IMG/VR virus record: IMGVR_UViG_3300037045_000078
Span: 1-35,108 of that record
Direction: 5' to 3' (one strand)
DNA length: 35,108 nt
From: a virus
Taxonomy: Duplodnaviria; Caudoviricetes
Shown here: positions 12,001-16,777 of the stretch, in pieces
Numbering within the stretch: the stretch's first letter is position 1
Layout of the letters: every line of letters starts with the position of its first letter
Program-made: the position numbers and the translations under genes
The notes under the pieces: model-generated
Databases searched by the model: none
Told to the model about the DNA's origin: nothing
What the model saw: the letters and a program-made list of their open reading frames with translations, nothing else

Positions 12001-15000
12001 GCGCAGGAATAGCTCGGCCTTCGGTTCTTTCCCCGGCGTAAAACTCCCCTGCTTTACCGGCTGATTACCGGAAAGGTTGAAAATGTCGTCGGTGTTGAAT
12101 AGTTCCCCGTCGGTTGTGGGGGCTGGTGGTGTTTCTGTTCTGGATTTCTTTACTTGTTCTTTGAGGGCCGCAAGTCTTTCAGCAAACTCTCCGCCAGTAA
12201 TTTGATTGTTAATTGCTGTTTCAAGGCTGCTAACAATTTGGCCGATTTCGGTGTCACTGAACCCTTCTCCATGTAATTCCTCCTTTATACCTATAATATT
12301 TATTTCTGTGGTGTCAATGATCTCGTCAATGCTGCTTTCCGGGATAAACCCGTCGGCCTTGAGCTGGTCGTCGGTCAGCGGGATCTCCGCCGTTTCAACC
12401 TCCGGCCCCTTCCCGCTCTTGTTCTGAAAGCGCGCCATTTCATCGGTTATAAGATCGAATACTTCCGATTCAGTCCATTCTACCGTTCCCTGTTCCTGTC
12501 CTTCCAAACCCGAGGGCGGTAACTTCATGGGTATTGCCCCATTGTTCATGGCCTCGTTGAATAGCTGGACAAAGCTGTTCCAACGCGAGTCACTGCCGCC
12601 GGCAAGATCCTGTCCTTTCCGCATCTTCTGTAATAGGGGCAAAAAGTACCGGTATTGCTTAAAAAACGTGTAGTACGGGAAGGGGGTGTCTTCGGTGATG
12701 GCCCTGGCTTCCTTGGTTTTCTTGGGCTTCCCTTTCTTCGCCTCGGCTGCCGCCGTGACGTCTTCTTCCTTGGTTGTTTCGTGGATACCCTTCTTGGCTG
12801 GTGCCTTAACGCCGAATTGTTTCGCCAGGTCCGGGTATTTCGCGAGGATCTCCGGGGGCACCGGCTTCTTGAGCTGCAATGCTACCGCTACCGTGGTTTC
12901 GTTCCATTCCTCGCCCGCTTTCCCTTTTTGCTGATTCGCCCCGATCTCAAGCCCGGCCAGCCAGTTTCGTAAAATGTTGGCTTCTTTGTTCACGGTTGCT
13001 GATAGGTGTCCTTGTGTGCGTTTTTCTAATTCAGCGCGAAAGTCATGTATGGCCCCGATCAAGGCATCGTCGCGGGTATCATATTGGTGGTATTCGTAAA
13101 TACTCGGGTGCCAGCCATGGCCGCCGTTGTCAATCTGGACACTATAACCATACGTCCAGGTACCGTTCGGGGCTTTGCCCAGGATTATGTGGTTCTGCGG
13201 ATAGTGCCCTTTTTTCGATGGTGGGGCCTCGATCTCTTCGGTTTCAAACCGATATTCCGATCTCCCCAGGTCGTCTCGTTTCTTTTCGGTAAATCCCCAT
13301 ATTGTACTTGCAATCTCGTCCGCCATGGCGTTGTCAGCGTCCGTGTGGGTTAAACCTTCCGGCATTTTCGTGGTTGACATTGCACCAGCGTAAGGATGTT
13401 TTCTCTTGATCGCTTCAACTTCCTTGGAAATATCCCCGCTTTGTTTGCCAGTAAAGGCTTTCTGAGAGCCAATACCCATCCTTTCGCGCTCTTTAACGTT
13501 GCGCATCAGATCGTCACGGGCTCCCTTTACCGTCATGGCAACACCGATCACGTCCTTATGCGGCCCTTCGGTGACAGTCGCCCTGTACCCGCCCTTGTAC
13601 GTATCTCCGGTGGTAATTTTCCTGATAGAGTGCGCTGGAAGGTGTTCCGTCTTGACCACATCGTCGGAGGAAGATTCCCCTGCCTCTTCCTCGCCAGTGT
13701 CGCTCGCGAGTGAGAGTATTTTCTTTGACTCTTCTATTTCTTTTTCATCGAGGGCTACATATCCACCGGGTGTAACGGCATTTTCATTAGTTCTGGCCGC
13801 ACCAAGCTCTAAAATCTCGTCTGAAGGTAACGTTGAGGGCGGTTCAAAACGTTCGGGCGCTGTCATCTCACCGAGTTCGTCCAGGGGTGCGTTCGGTGGC
13901 ATGGCTGATTCTTCAGCTGTTTTTTGCGCCTCCTGTGCCATCCGTATCCCGTCTGCCATCCCGGCAGGAAGGTCTGCCATGCGGGCATGGTCAAGGATGA
14001 TACGGTCCATGCGCTGTACTGCCGGGTGATCCGGGCCGAGTACGTTCGCCGTCTTGTCCCTCAAAACTTCTGCCTGCACCGTGTTTATCTGTTTCGATTC
14101 GAGCAGCCCCTTCATCTGTTCAACGATGGCTGTCGTTCTCTGATCTCCTATGACCGGTCCAGCCGGTGCGGTTGGCCCTGTCTGTGGTCCAGGCTGCGGC
14201 CTTTGTTGCCCTGGCTGTGGTGCGGTAGGCTGCCCTGTGACCGGCGGTTGTGTTGCCGGCTGTCCGCCTAATTCGGTTGTAGCTGGCGCGCCGGTTTGTT
14301 CTTTCAGCTTCGCAGCTTCGTTGTATGCTTTCCTGGTAATGGCCCCGGAAGCTCCGCCAATTGCAAAACCGCCCACGGCCCCGGCAGCTGCACCGTCCAC
14401 GGCCTGGAGAAATTGCTTCTTTGTCCACAGGTCGTTCGGGTCAATGCCCCATTGTTCTGCATACGTCTGGAAGAATTCTTCCGCTCCTTCGCCAAGCATC
14501 TGTGTTAATGCCGATTGGCTTATGCGGTTCCATAGTCCTTTTTTGGCGAATTCGGCCACTTCTGGACCGAATTTCAACAGTTTTGCGGTGGCCTTTTCTG
14601 TTCCAAGCTCTTCAAATTTACTTGCTATAAAGATAGCGGCTGCCGCTCGAAGCGGGTCAAGCTCGTTCGTTTCCCCTTTTTCGAGGCGTTCTATCTGCCC
14701 GCCGAGGATCTCACCGGCCTCCATCATGCCGATGGGCACATCCATGGGTTTTAGCTTTGCCCACTCGACGAGGTAAGTAAGTGCCTTCTTGCCGAGGCTC
14801 GTTTGCGCCACTTTCGGGGCAATTTGCGCCATCTGCACAGCCCGGCCCTGGACCATGAACGGTGCGGTTATTGCCACTTGCGCGCCCATCTGCCCTATTG
14901 CGCCAGCTCCCCACTTGAGCCCGCTCTCTATGCCATCTATTTCAAAGACTGAACCGACTTCCGGCTCAACCTTCTTCAATGGCGTGTCCCAATAGTGCCG

Positions 15001-15429
15001 AACGTTTTTACCGAAGCTGGTCGTTGCCCCTTCCTTTGGCAGTCCAGGGGGTGGCTCATATGTTGGCCCGTTCGGGTCAGCTTTCGGTATGGGTGTCCCT
15101 AAATGTTCCGGTCCGATCTCGTCTATGTCCCATTCAGGGGGTGAACCTTTGTACTGGTCACCTAACCGTCCCAGGTATTCAATGGCAGAACCAATGCCTT
15201 TGTTTGCCTGGAGCCATCCGCGAGCGACGCCTTTGACGCCCTCCCTCGTAATCCCTACCATGCCCTCGCCTATCTTCCGGTACGTGCTTCGGTCATCCGT
15301 GTCGGGGCCAAACGTTTCTGTTGTTCCAGCCAGTTCGTCGAGAAAACCACGCTTCGCCGGTTTCTCGGCCTGTTTGCCTACCGGTTTGTCAATTCCTATG
15401 AGTTCGTCAAGAAAGCTGTCGTTCGCCAC
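76..15429 (-). CDS. Giant polyvalent virion/ejection protein (DarB-like): N6-adenine MTase + Strawberry-notch SF2 helicase + JAB/RadC + zincin-like motif + LPD-like helical C-terminus
   Basis: 5117-aa ORF, GTG start with AGGAGG SD. Motifs QQFSTPP, VLEPSAGVGGLA, IIMNPPF, GDGTGVGKGRE, IAFDESHN, YASATGA, QGLGRTHRSNQ, HNHPSGxxxxSxxD, HEAVGH. It is the last gene of the virion module, where podoviral large internal proteins lie. Confidence 0.9.
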   Translation of the reverse strand: MANDSFLDELIGIDKPVGKQAEKPAKRGFLDELAGTTETFGPDTDDRSTYRKIGEGMVGITREGVKGVARGWLQANKGIGSAIEYLGRLGDQYKGSPPEWDIDEIGPEHLGTPIPKADPNGPTYEPPPGLPKEGATTSFGKNVRHYWDTPLKKVEPEVGSVFEIDGIESGLKWGAGAIGQMGAQVAITAPFMVQGRAVQMAQIAPKVAQTSLGKKALTYLVEWAKLKPMDVPIGMMEAGEILGGQIERLEKGETNELDPLRAAAAIFIASKFEELGTEKATAKLLKFGPEVAEFAKKGLWNRISQSALTQMLGEGAEEFFQTYAEQWGIDPNDLWTKKQFLQAVDGAAAGAVGGFAIGGASGAITRKAYNEAAKLKEQTGAPATTELGGQPATQPPVTGQPTAPQPGQQRPQPGPQTGPTAPAGPVIGDQRTTAIVEQMKGLLESKQINTVQAEVLRDKTANVLGPDHPAVQRMDRIILDHARMADLPAGMADGIRMAQEAQKTAEESAMPPNAPLDELGEMTAPERFEPPSTLPSDEILELGAARTNENAVTPGGYVALDEKEIEESKKILSLASDTGEEEAGESSSDDVVKTEHLPAHSIRKITTGDTYKGGYRATVTEGPHKDVIGVAMTVKGARDDLMRNVKERERMGIGSQKAFTGKQSGDISKEVEAIKRKHPYAGAMSTTKMPEGLTHTDADNAMADEIASTIWGFTEKKRDDLGRSEYRFETEEIEAPPSKKGHYPQNHIILGKAPNGTWTYGYSVQIDNGGHGWHPSIYEYHQYDTRDDALIGAIHDFRAELEKRTQGHLSATVNKEANILRNWLAGLEIGANQQKGKAGEEWNETTVAVALQLKKPVPPEILAKYPDLAKQFGVKAPAKKGIHETTKEEDVTAAAEAKKGKPKKTKEARAITEDTPFPYYTFFKQYRYFLPLLQKMRKGQDLAGGSDSRWNSFVQLFNEAMNNGAIPMKLPPSGLEGQEQGTVEWTESEVFDLITDEMARFQNKSGKGPEVETAEIPLTDDQLKADGFIPESSIDEIIDTTEINIIGIKEELHGEGFSDTEIGQIVSSLETAINNQITGGEFAERLAALKEQVKKSRTETPPAPTTDGELFNTDDIFNLSGNQPVKQGSFTPGKEPKAELFLRPKPVFQTEREKEEEQKKKLQEALAAKQKAEAEANAAPAEDLTKKSTNELITEAFDIINEFIEEEEGRVSDSRINYGKPAGIKPELYEKLKPILAEIARRATAKGVDVKAYLFGAVDALPEGKAKQFYEAAAAQYAEERSEKAPVENQATTEAPTKEIEEGPAEDGFSWGPVSNSLADAMEDADPELAAQIEKMVGPRFSDYEAIVDEIKRTIKEAIERGETEKATKIKDILGVQTGNLRMPTAEQRAASRAMEGKETPEARQSSFKIGHYVVPIRDTDVLKPGIVEHVQGDGYIKVSTMGGHHWSPTNYKKGEMGAAPEETGAKKPPFSPTELLGTIPDKKNNLEIFVARNINGNNFSVSIRDNDSMEFLPTVRIFQSEKQAWEVAGQIALGKKPTIDPEDDWRDHLIKARMYALMLGVPFEGGWPTVKIVEAIDKKLAEEAGKPAEAPQGIAHDMSLSEAIRDKTLEKIKPYLNPDNSETALLATIEKATNEAYGEVVDEILGSNKPLSQSQKVYLDTFDKKSFAEAVLKYARRHDLFNKKPETEAPKETPKQEEYKKGDRIVITDTYHSPSLRGRHGVIKVVGGYTMQSIFGGQSTHTVTYEIETDNGVSITASRATDIQHETEPFTGKLVKDIYFDNRWQIPETLFSMISYTGRQARNSREAAGRARKDSIKAGHLRTAESYEKDAQKYQDAFDAWAKEYPEEAEKIQGPKKTEAQPPQQQTTPAPETGTVTDTSDAHEKLKSVELTLTKTTTKHGHPVWNLSGNTRAYKDAIKQAKGNWYGPKKVWSFYGTEDPAEKIIKAIDAEYDHWSLTPWKSKKSPLTTDRGALIPKSIGKNKYGQEVFEDDKGVRSIMEGNIGITEPVGLIPTREGIQVDVERKDPRFVPVDENAQASATPETQADTPIEKRMDGDKTRAARAVMDKVDAALANGESFTREQLMKWGEDAYGGTIASGALTWKDLFDAMELGVNRYLGQGHKAYDPGQSKSTTPIMDAQDAITKIREQILDKIPSQHGFRTKEMDEFQQFSTPPDLAYLMAWLGNITPGETVLEPSAGVGGLAVFARNAGAKVYVNELSQRRASLLRQLNFEKVFTENGEQIDNILPDDIKPSVIIMNPPFSSSAGRMQGRRSPENLIRHIGQALSRLEPGGRLVVLTGKGLFGESKTFNEWLDNIDVTNDVIVDITISGEGYKKYGTTYDNRLIVIDKAKSNAKLIKEEVSDIKDAVALLKGARDARSSVTEQPSAQPGSEEVSQGSRPVDAVLPPAGRGTVERGHGTPEQRPGSVRTPVLRGDGGAGTETGLETAPEGRRPGGSERTADDISGRPGVEGSRPADEHAGSGRLLTPETALTVQQTEAYTDEDLESGNIFEEYRPSIKIEGAQPHPAELVESAAMATVKAPKTSYVPNIDKKLAETGALSDVQLEAITMAGQAHGEVLDSGVYLDAKGNVATSGGQENKTFHTFRKGFFIGDGTGVGKGREIAGIILDNWNRGRRRALWISQNTDLIHDAKRDLIALGMDPNLVIDYAGTKFGQPVKQKEGILFISYDTLKYKKGAVRRIDPVVEWAGQEFEGVIAFDESHNMGNALSTRGRRGTKKPSMKAVVGVELQSRLYNSRTVYASATGATEVVNLSYCDHLGLWGKGTPFSNKRNFIEQISGAGIAGMEMIAQGLKAMGSYIARNLSFDGVKYETIEHELTENQKAIYDEMARSWQIVLQNIHAALRATGITGTTHTGQVVTRNGNARKNVMGAFWGAHQRFFNQIITSMQTPTVIRAIEKNLAEGDAAVVQLVNTNEAQTDRAMAKREEGDRLEDLDLTPREGLMNYLENSFPIQQYEEYTDDNGNIRSRLVVDSSGNPVINREAVAVRDALLRRLGMLKVPDAPLDMIIRHFGIDKAAEATGRSKRLVDKTNNEGEKERVVERWSKAKGLNDIHAFMNDKKQLLVFSDAAGTGRSFHADKTEKNQRLRHHYLLQPGWRADRAIQGLGRTHRSNQKQPPYVHLVTTNLKGQKRFISSIARRLEQLGSLTKGQRDTATQGIFKLKDNLENSHARQAFIRLIHTIFRGGIENMSMAEFELETGMRLTDDQGHLRDEIPEITQFLNRLLSLTVDRQEEVFNAFDAHLDQIIEKAASDGTLDAGMETILAKGAKRTREEIVYTGPQGEQTKYNEIELSEDAVTVDFRTSKLWAASGYVVNKKSGVVWAANKERITTNTSTGEVTAVVTLTSPRGTVNVVEARDLRDEEKYDRIDDMAQAEAIWGEQHDKVPKTKARRIHLVTGALLPIWDRLPQEHVRVMRLKLNTGEKLLGRLIPDKNLNGVLKKLNVDKSTAAYTPEEACNAILDNGETITLANDWTLKRVKTQGMDRIEVTGETLWRFETQLEQCGALIERISYKTRVFIPTGDDGIAVMKEILAISPIFDVEGGGGQLTTRISERTLGYDNRSKEQGTLFNIDTHTPGRSSRRKSGPVPRQQEVVTERIGSYRAGTRKVSNSDDVAEIARNLLDDPQETFAAILTKDDGTVHSVHRISRGSMSASIVSPVIAIGQALNTEGVTGVWFIHNHPSGVAELSEEDKKVGVRLFRVAQGSGVTVHGVMAVTPKAYASAEYGAFSLPEKTAKMPRKTKQTEEIPVVERRFAITKTENMSATNPALLVLAFRRAGIKRDDPNITVGFFDVRNKLISTITIESLLPIRGEIQRALLQEAERRNASNIGIYAPQHAILGPEANNIANFGRSAGLTLLDIVDGGGSLHQRSLINPSVEPIFVKLTTQADVGNLSFDIKPPKTPRFSVDQVKQFLALPLKQWVNIGKVTVIKSARELPVRFMRYVQEGDTIFGAYDQETDTTYIIADLIPNARAAIATLIHEAVGHRGITAILRNADVDVIWQQIARAYQGTPLMDRIVKGYGHKMGTLRLPLDLNDRDDRRVAVSEFIAHMAEAREATPVWARIVGIIRAALRRIAPNLTWSDADILHLIDQARSYSGVVPKATTGTYFKKELDGSVTGSTFVDDILHQIEAMAPPEPKAPPLEIKGWIRDHAKAAAATIIAHMPENLPHAHFLERVLKNPLWYEHPVLKQLFNVMAHHRQETYHELFYDFNDVGEATTVSEAIADLRKKDKKGYEQLTSILIEADTEWVKDRDWTFEDRVKNMKVSEDVKRVAILVRAAFDKMLDARQAPMKELLKKLEQEGYQEDPFELDKGTTNFHVFTVRSTKEFDGFWRASGKERQERAGLPWHDGINYVMGHSRAGGVEVQSIHFSREAFTEQTAEEWWNDHKRFFRKAHKDFKAELRQTIIGALQVMDEWRGYYFPRLRKTGKIVITAYKEADFGDRQYIREHGGKYWSELRKAELEKEGYQEIKVSDFQKLPESVYLNIRSIDVQKAIDYAVTGMKKKTSADLLVKFNEDLIEQAVNMVRERGIESTKIHRNPKGRVVQGYIQDPIEAFLRYTSGVAGGMAKGEVSQKATELLQQIDPATEPKAYDTAKRYIEENLRNSDTADRVMAYAKAVATLKFLGFNPRSAFVNLTAMVTSAPASIHQYAGGGQVNMVTVHKAIARASRSYAKHMVGKTLEAEDQIIAERITREGYDAPQLTRDALGSMQGGLERSWDRMMKVAMFVFSKTEQWNRGTTILAAYSVAKMRFAKEGLKGEELQEAAYKAAIEASDKAHAAYGKSNLPEWAQGTSVSAKVGQAMYVYGNFGHNYVQLLYDLGAKKQNIVGFTWALATPVIIAGGAAWPFKDELLWLINGMLRTLGITTGVDKFVWDKTRKYLGDRAEILGRRGIFGLAGVDISGSLGIGLGIPTGLMGLTGAIGGVAEDIVQANSLLASGQPGRAVEKLLPTALANPLRAIRESRTGVTTEKGRVPVWGRDAKPFTPTGAETAARVVGFPGSRQSVARERDNEMYQQEQAFERKRDKIYQELRAWAVDPKRTNASLTKIYKKQGGYNRAVMEAGLAGRLPLIRSSEMSRQIKGVMVPTKNDFLRFPP
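3080..3660 (-). other. Zincin-like metallopeptidase domain of the giant protein
   Basis: GAYD..TYIIAD..TLIHEAVGHRGI (HExxGH at about 3415-3432), later SEFIAHMAE as a possible third ligand. Boundaries approximate. Confidence 0.65.
3785..4520 (-). other. JAB/RadC domain followed by a degenerate second JAB-like copy
   Basis: PQETFAAIL..HNHPSGVAELSEED has the full JAB metal motif (about 4295-4340). The second unit VGFFDVRNKLI..GLTLLDIVD keeps the RadC pattern but lacks HxH. Confidence 0.75.
4518..4697 (-). CDS. Nested +1-frame 59-aa ORF, probably leaderless (MTTDRKNKVHYLILTPIHLDDLHVENPVPYRVNRKLSQKESAAIALEHEKSAIATMLLR)
   Basis: Translated by hand. ATG lies 5 nt after a -10 box of a near-consensus promoter; TAG at 4518-4520. 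Confidence 0.5.
   Translation of the reverse strand: MTTDRKNKVHYLILTPIHLDDLHVENPVPYRVNRKLSQKESAAIALEHEKSAIATMLLR
4703..4731 (-). promoter_or_regulatory. Intragenic sigma70-type promoter
   Basis: TTGACA (4726-4731) - 17 nt - TACACT (4703-4708). Confidence 0.7.
4750..7900 (-). other. Strawberry-notch-family SF2 helicase/ATPase region
   Basis: LSDVQLEAI, Walker A GDGTGVGKG (about 7567-7593), Walker B DESH (about 7261-7272), SAT, SDAAGTGRSFH, QGLGRTHRSNQ (6028-6060). Boundaries approximate. Confidence 0.9.
7968..8297 (-). CDS. Nested +1-frame 109-aa protein in the MTase-helicase linker
   Basis: AAAGGAG SD before ATG and its own promoter. Globular helical-looking sequence with G/C-ending codons (AAC CTC AAG CAG GAG TTC), while the host frame reads as R/G/S/P filler. 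Confidence 0.8.
   Translation of the reverse strand: MREAVSQNNHPLNRAAKKFLKDPDPSMLYCLQLVEEQWNAGMVPLNNVRGQYVHPFFEEMAGLEPKRAWKLLQRDGDLADQKELPTISAEDLAWRVVDQLTSMLEAADY
8310..9240 (-). other. N6-adenine DNA methyltransferase domain
   Basis: Motif I LEPSAGVG (about 8825-8848) precedes motif IV NPPF (8641-8652), i.e. gamma order. Boundaries approximate. Confidence 0.9.
8357..8384 (-). promoter_or_regulatory. Intragenic sigma70-type promoter with extended -10
   Basis: TTGACA (8379-8384) - 16 nt - TAAACT (8357-8362), with TG at the extended -10 position (TGcTAAACT); 59 nt upstream of the nested ATG. Confidence 0.7.
12150..12272 (-). CDS. Nested +1-frame 40-aa peptide (MEKGSVTPKSAKLLAALKQQLTIKLLAESLLKDLRPSKNK)
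   Basis: Translated by hand. Perfect AAAGGAGG-aattac-ATG; TAA at 12150-12152; Leu/Lys amphipathic helix pattern. Confidence 0.6.
   Translation of the reverse strand: MEKGSVTPKSAKLLAALKQQLTIKLLAESLLKDLRPSKNK
12290..12317 (-). promoter_or_regulatory. Possible intragenic promoter
   Basis: TTGACA (12312-12317) - 16 AT-rich nt - TATAGG (12290-12295), directly before the SD. The -10 is imperfect. Confidence 0.45.
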
Positions 15430-15442
15430 TGTTGTCCTCCTG

Positions 15443-16777
15443 TCACTGCACGCCCTTTAAGCGTTTCCACGCCTGCTTTATGGTGTCCTCGCTGTAGCCC
15501 ATTTTGACCAGTGCGTCATACATGGCTTTTTGACCGAGTTTGCCCGTATTTGTTGTAAAATAGTCCGTAGCCCCGGTAATGTTGTGGTCTTTATTAGCCT
15601 TGTAATCCTGCTTTCCGCCGATAACTCCGCTACCGCCTTTGGGCTGCTTTCGGTACTTCGCCCACTGGTCGGGGTAGTCTTCCTGCATGAGCGATTCGAG
15701 GCTGTTGATCTGCCCCTGGATCGTGGCCTTCGCTGCCTCAACCTGGTCCTGGGGTATGATTTGCTGCGTGATAGGGTCAACGCCTTTCTGTATGTTGGCC
15801 ATGGATTTATAGAGGCCGTTGAGCTGGCCCATGTGCATCCTGAATTCCCTCGCGTCACCTGCGCCACCGCCACCACTTCCACCGCTATCTGGTTTGTGTA
15901 TCCGGTATGGTGCGCCGAAAGGTATGTCGTGCTGGCCCGTCTGGGGGTTCCACTGAAACTTCTGTTGCTGGTTAGAACCGATTGGCTTCTCGACGTACAT
16001 TGACGGCGTCGGCTGTTTCCCCCCGATGCTGGTGGGCTTCTGGACAACCTCAAATACGCCGTCTTTGTTCCAGCGCACAAGACCGTCGCCGCCGAATTTC
16101 AGGAAGCTCCACTCGCCCTTTTGGGTGATGTCTCCTGGTCTAATCTGTCCGTACTTCTGTGTAATCCACGGGTTTGAGTTCCATGCTTTCATGGCTCCCT
16201 GGGGCGATATCTTCGCAATGGCGAAAATGTTATCAAATTCGGCCTTTTGCAGTCTGTTTGCTTCATCAAAACGCCCGTTTGCCAAAAGGGTGTCGTGTAT
16301 CTTCATCATCATTTCGCCGCGCTTCATGAGTACGTCTGGGTGAAGGGGTGGCCTCACAACGGGATCGTTGCCTTGCAGCTCCATGGGTCCCGGAGTGACC
16401 CGTTGTCCTGGTTGGGCTTGAATGTCCTGCGGTGCAGGCTTCTGCACTGACATCCCCGCTCCGCTATCGACGTTCGGTGCACCGATGACATTTTCCACTG
16501 GGGTTGCTGCCGGTGTTCTCACCGGCAAGGGTTGTTGTGGCGGCTGCGCTCCTATGGCCGGGGCTGCCGGCATACTCCCCACTGCTTTCCGGTATTCGTC
16601 TACGTGGCCTTGGATAGTCTTCAACAGTTCTTCCTCTCGCCGAACTTTCTTGAGGCCCTGGTCTGCTATCTCTCTTCTTAGTGCAAATTCTTTATTTCGG
16701 TTCTCTCGCTCGTCGAGCCGGGGAATCTCTGAGTTCAGCGCGTGGGTTGCTCCAATTGCCATACTTTTCCAGTCCAT
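15443..16777 (-). CDS. Putative internal virion/DNA-ejection protein (444 aa)
   Basis: Real start is MDWKSM at 16777 (GGAGG SD, TGATG overlap with the upstream stop), not 17200. Coiled-coil and P/Q-rich segments; lies between tail genes and the giant gene. Confidence 0.7.
   Translation of the reverse strand: MDWKSMAIGATHALNSEIPRLDERENRNKEFALRREIADQGLKKVRREEELLKTIQGHVDEYRKAVGSMPAAPAIGAQPPQQPLPVRTPAATPVENVIGAPNVDSGAGMSVQKPAPQDIQAQPGQRVTPGPMELQGNDPVVRPPLHPDVLMKRGEMMMKIHDTLLANGRFDEANRLQKAEFDNIFAIAKISPQGAMKAWNSNPWITQKYGQIRPGDITQKGEWSFLKFGGDGLVRWNKDGVFEVVQKPTSIGGKQPTPSMYVEKPIGSNQQQKFQWNPQTGQHDIPFGAPYRIHKPDSGGSGGGGAGDAREFRMHMGQLNGLYKSMANIQKGVDPITQQIIPQDQVEAAKATIQGQINSLESLMQEDYPDQWAKYRKQPKGGSGVIGGKQDYKANKDHNITGATDYFTTNTGKLGQKAMYDALVKMGYSEDTIKQAWKRLKGVQ

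Noticed and set aside
3695-13460. Weaker promoter-like pairs (CTGACT-17-CAATCT near 3700; TTTACT-17-TATTTC near 13440)
   Set aside because: Poor consensus and no associated nested ORF or SD found.
612-14914. Other minus-strand alternative-frame ORFs in the giant gene (e.g. 2663..2929, 8745..9107, 9353..9634, 14120..14428)
   Set aside because: R/S/W-rich off-frame composition and no convincing SD or promoter found.
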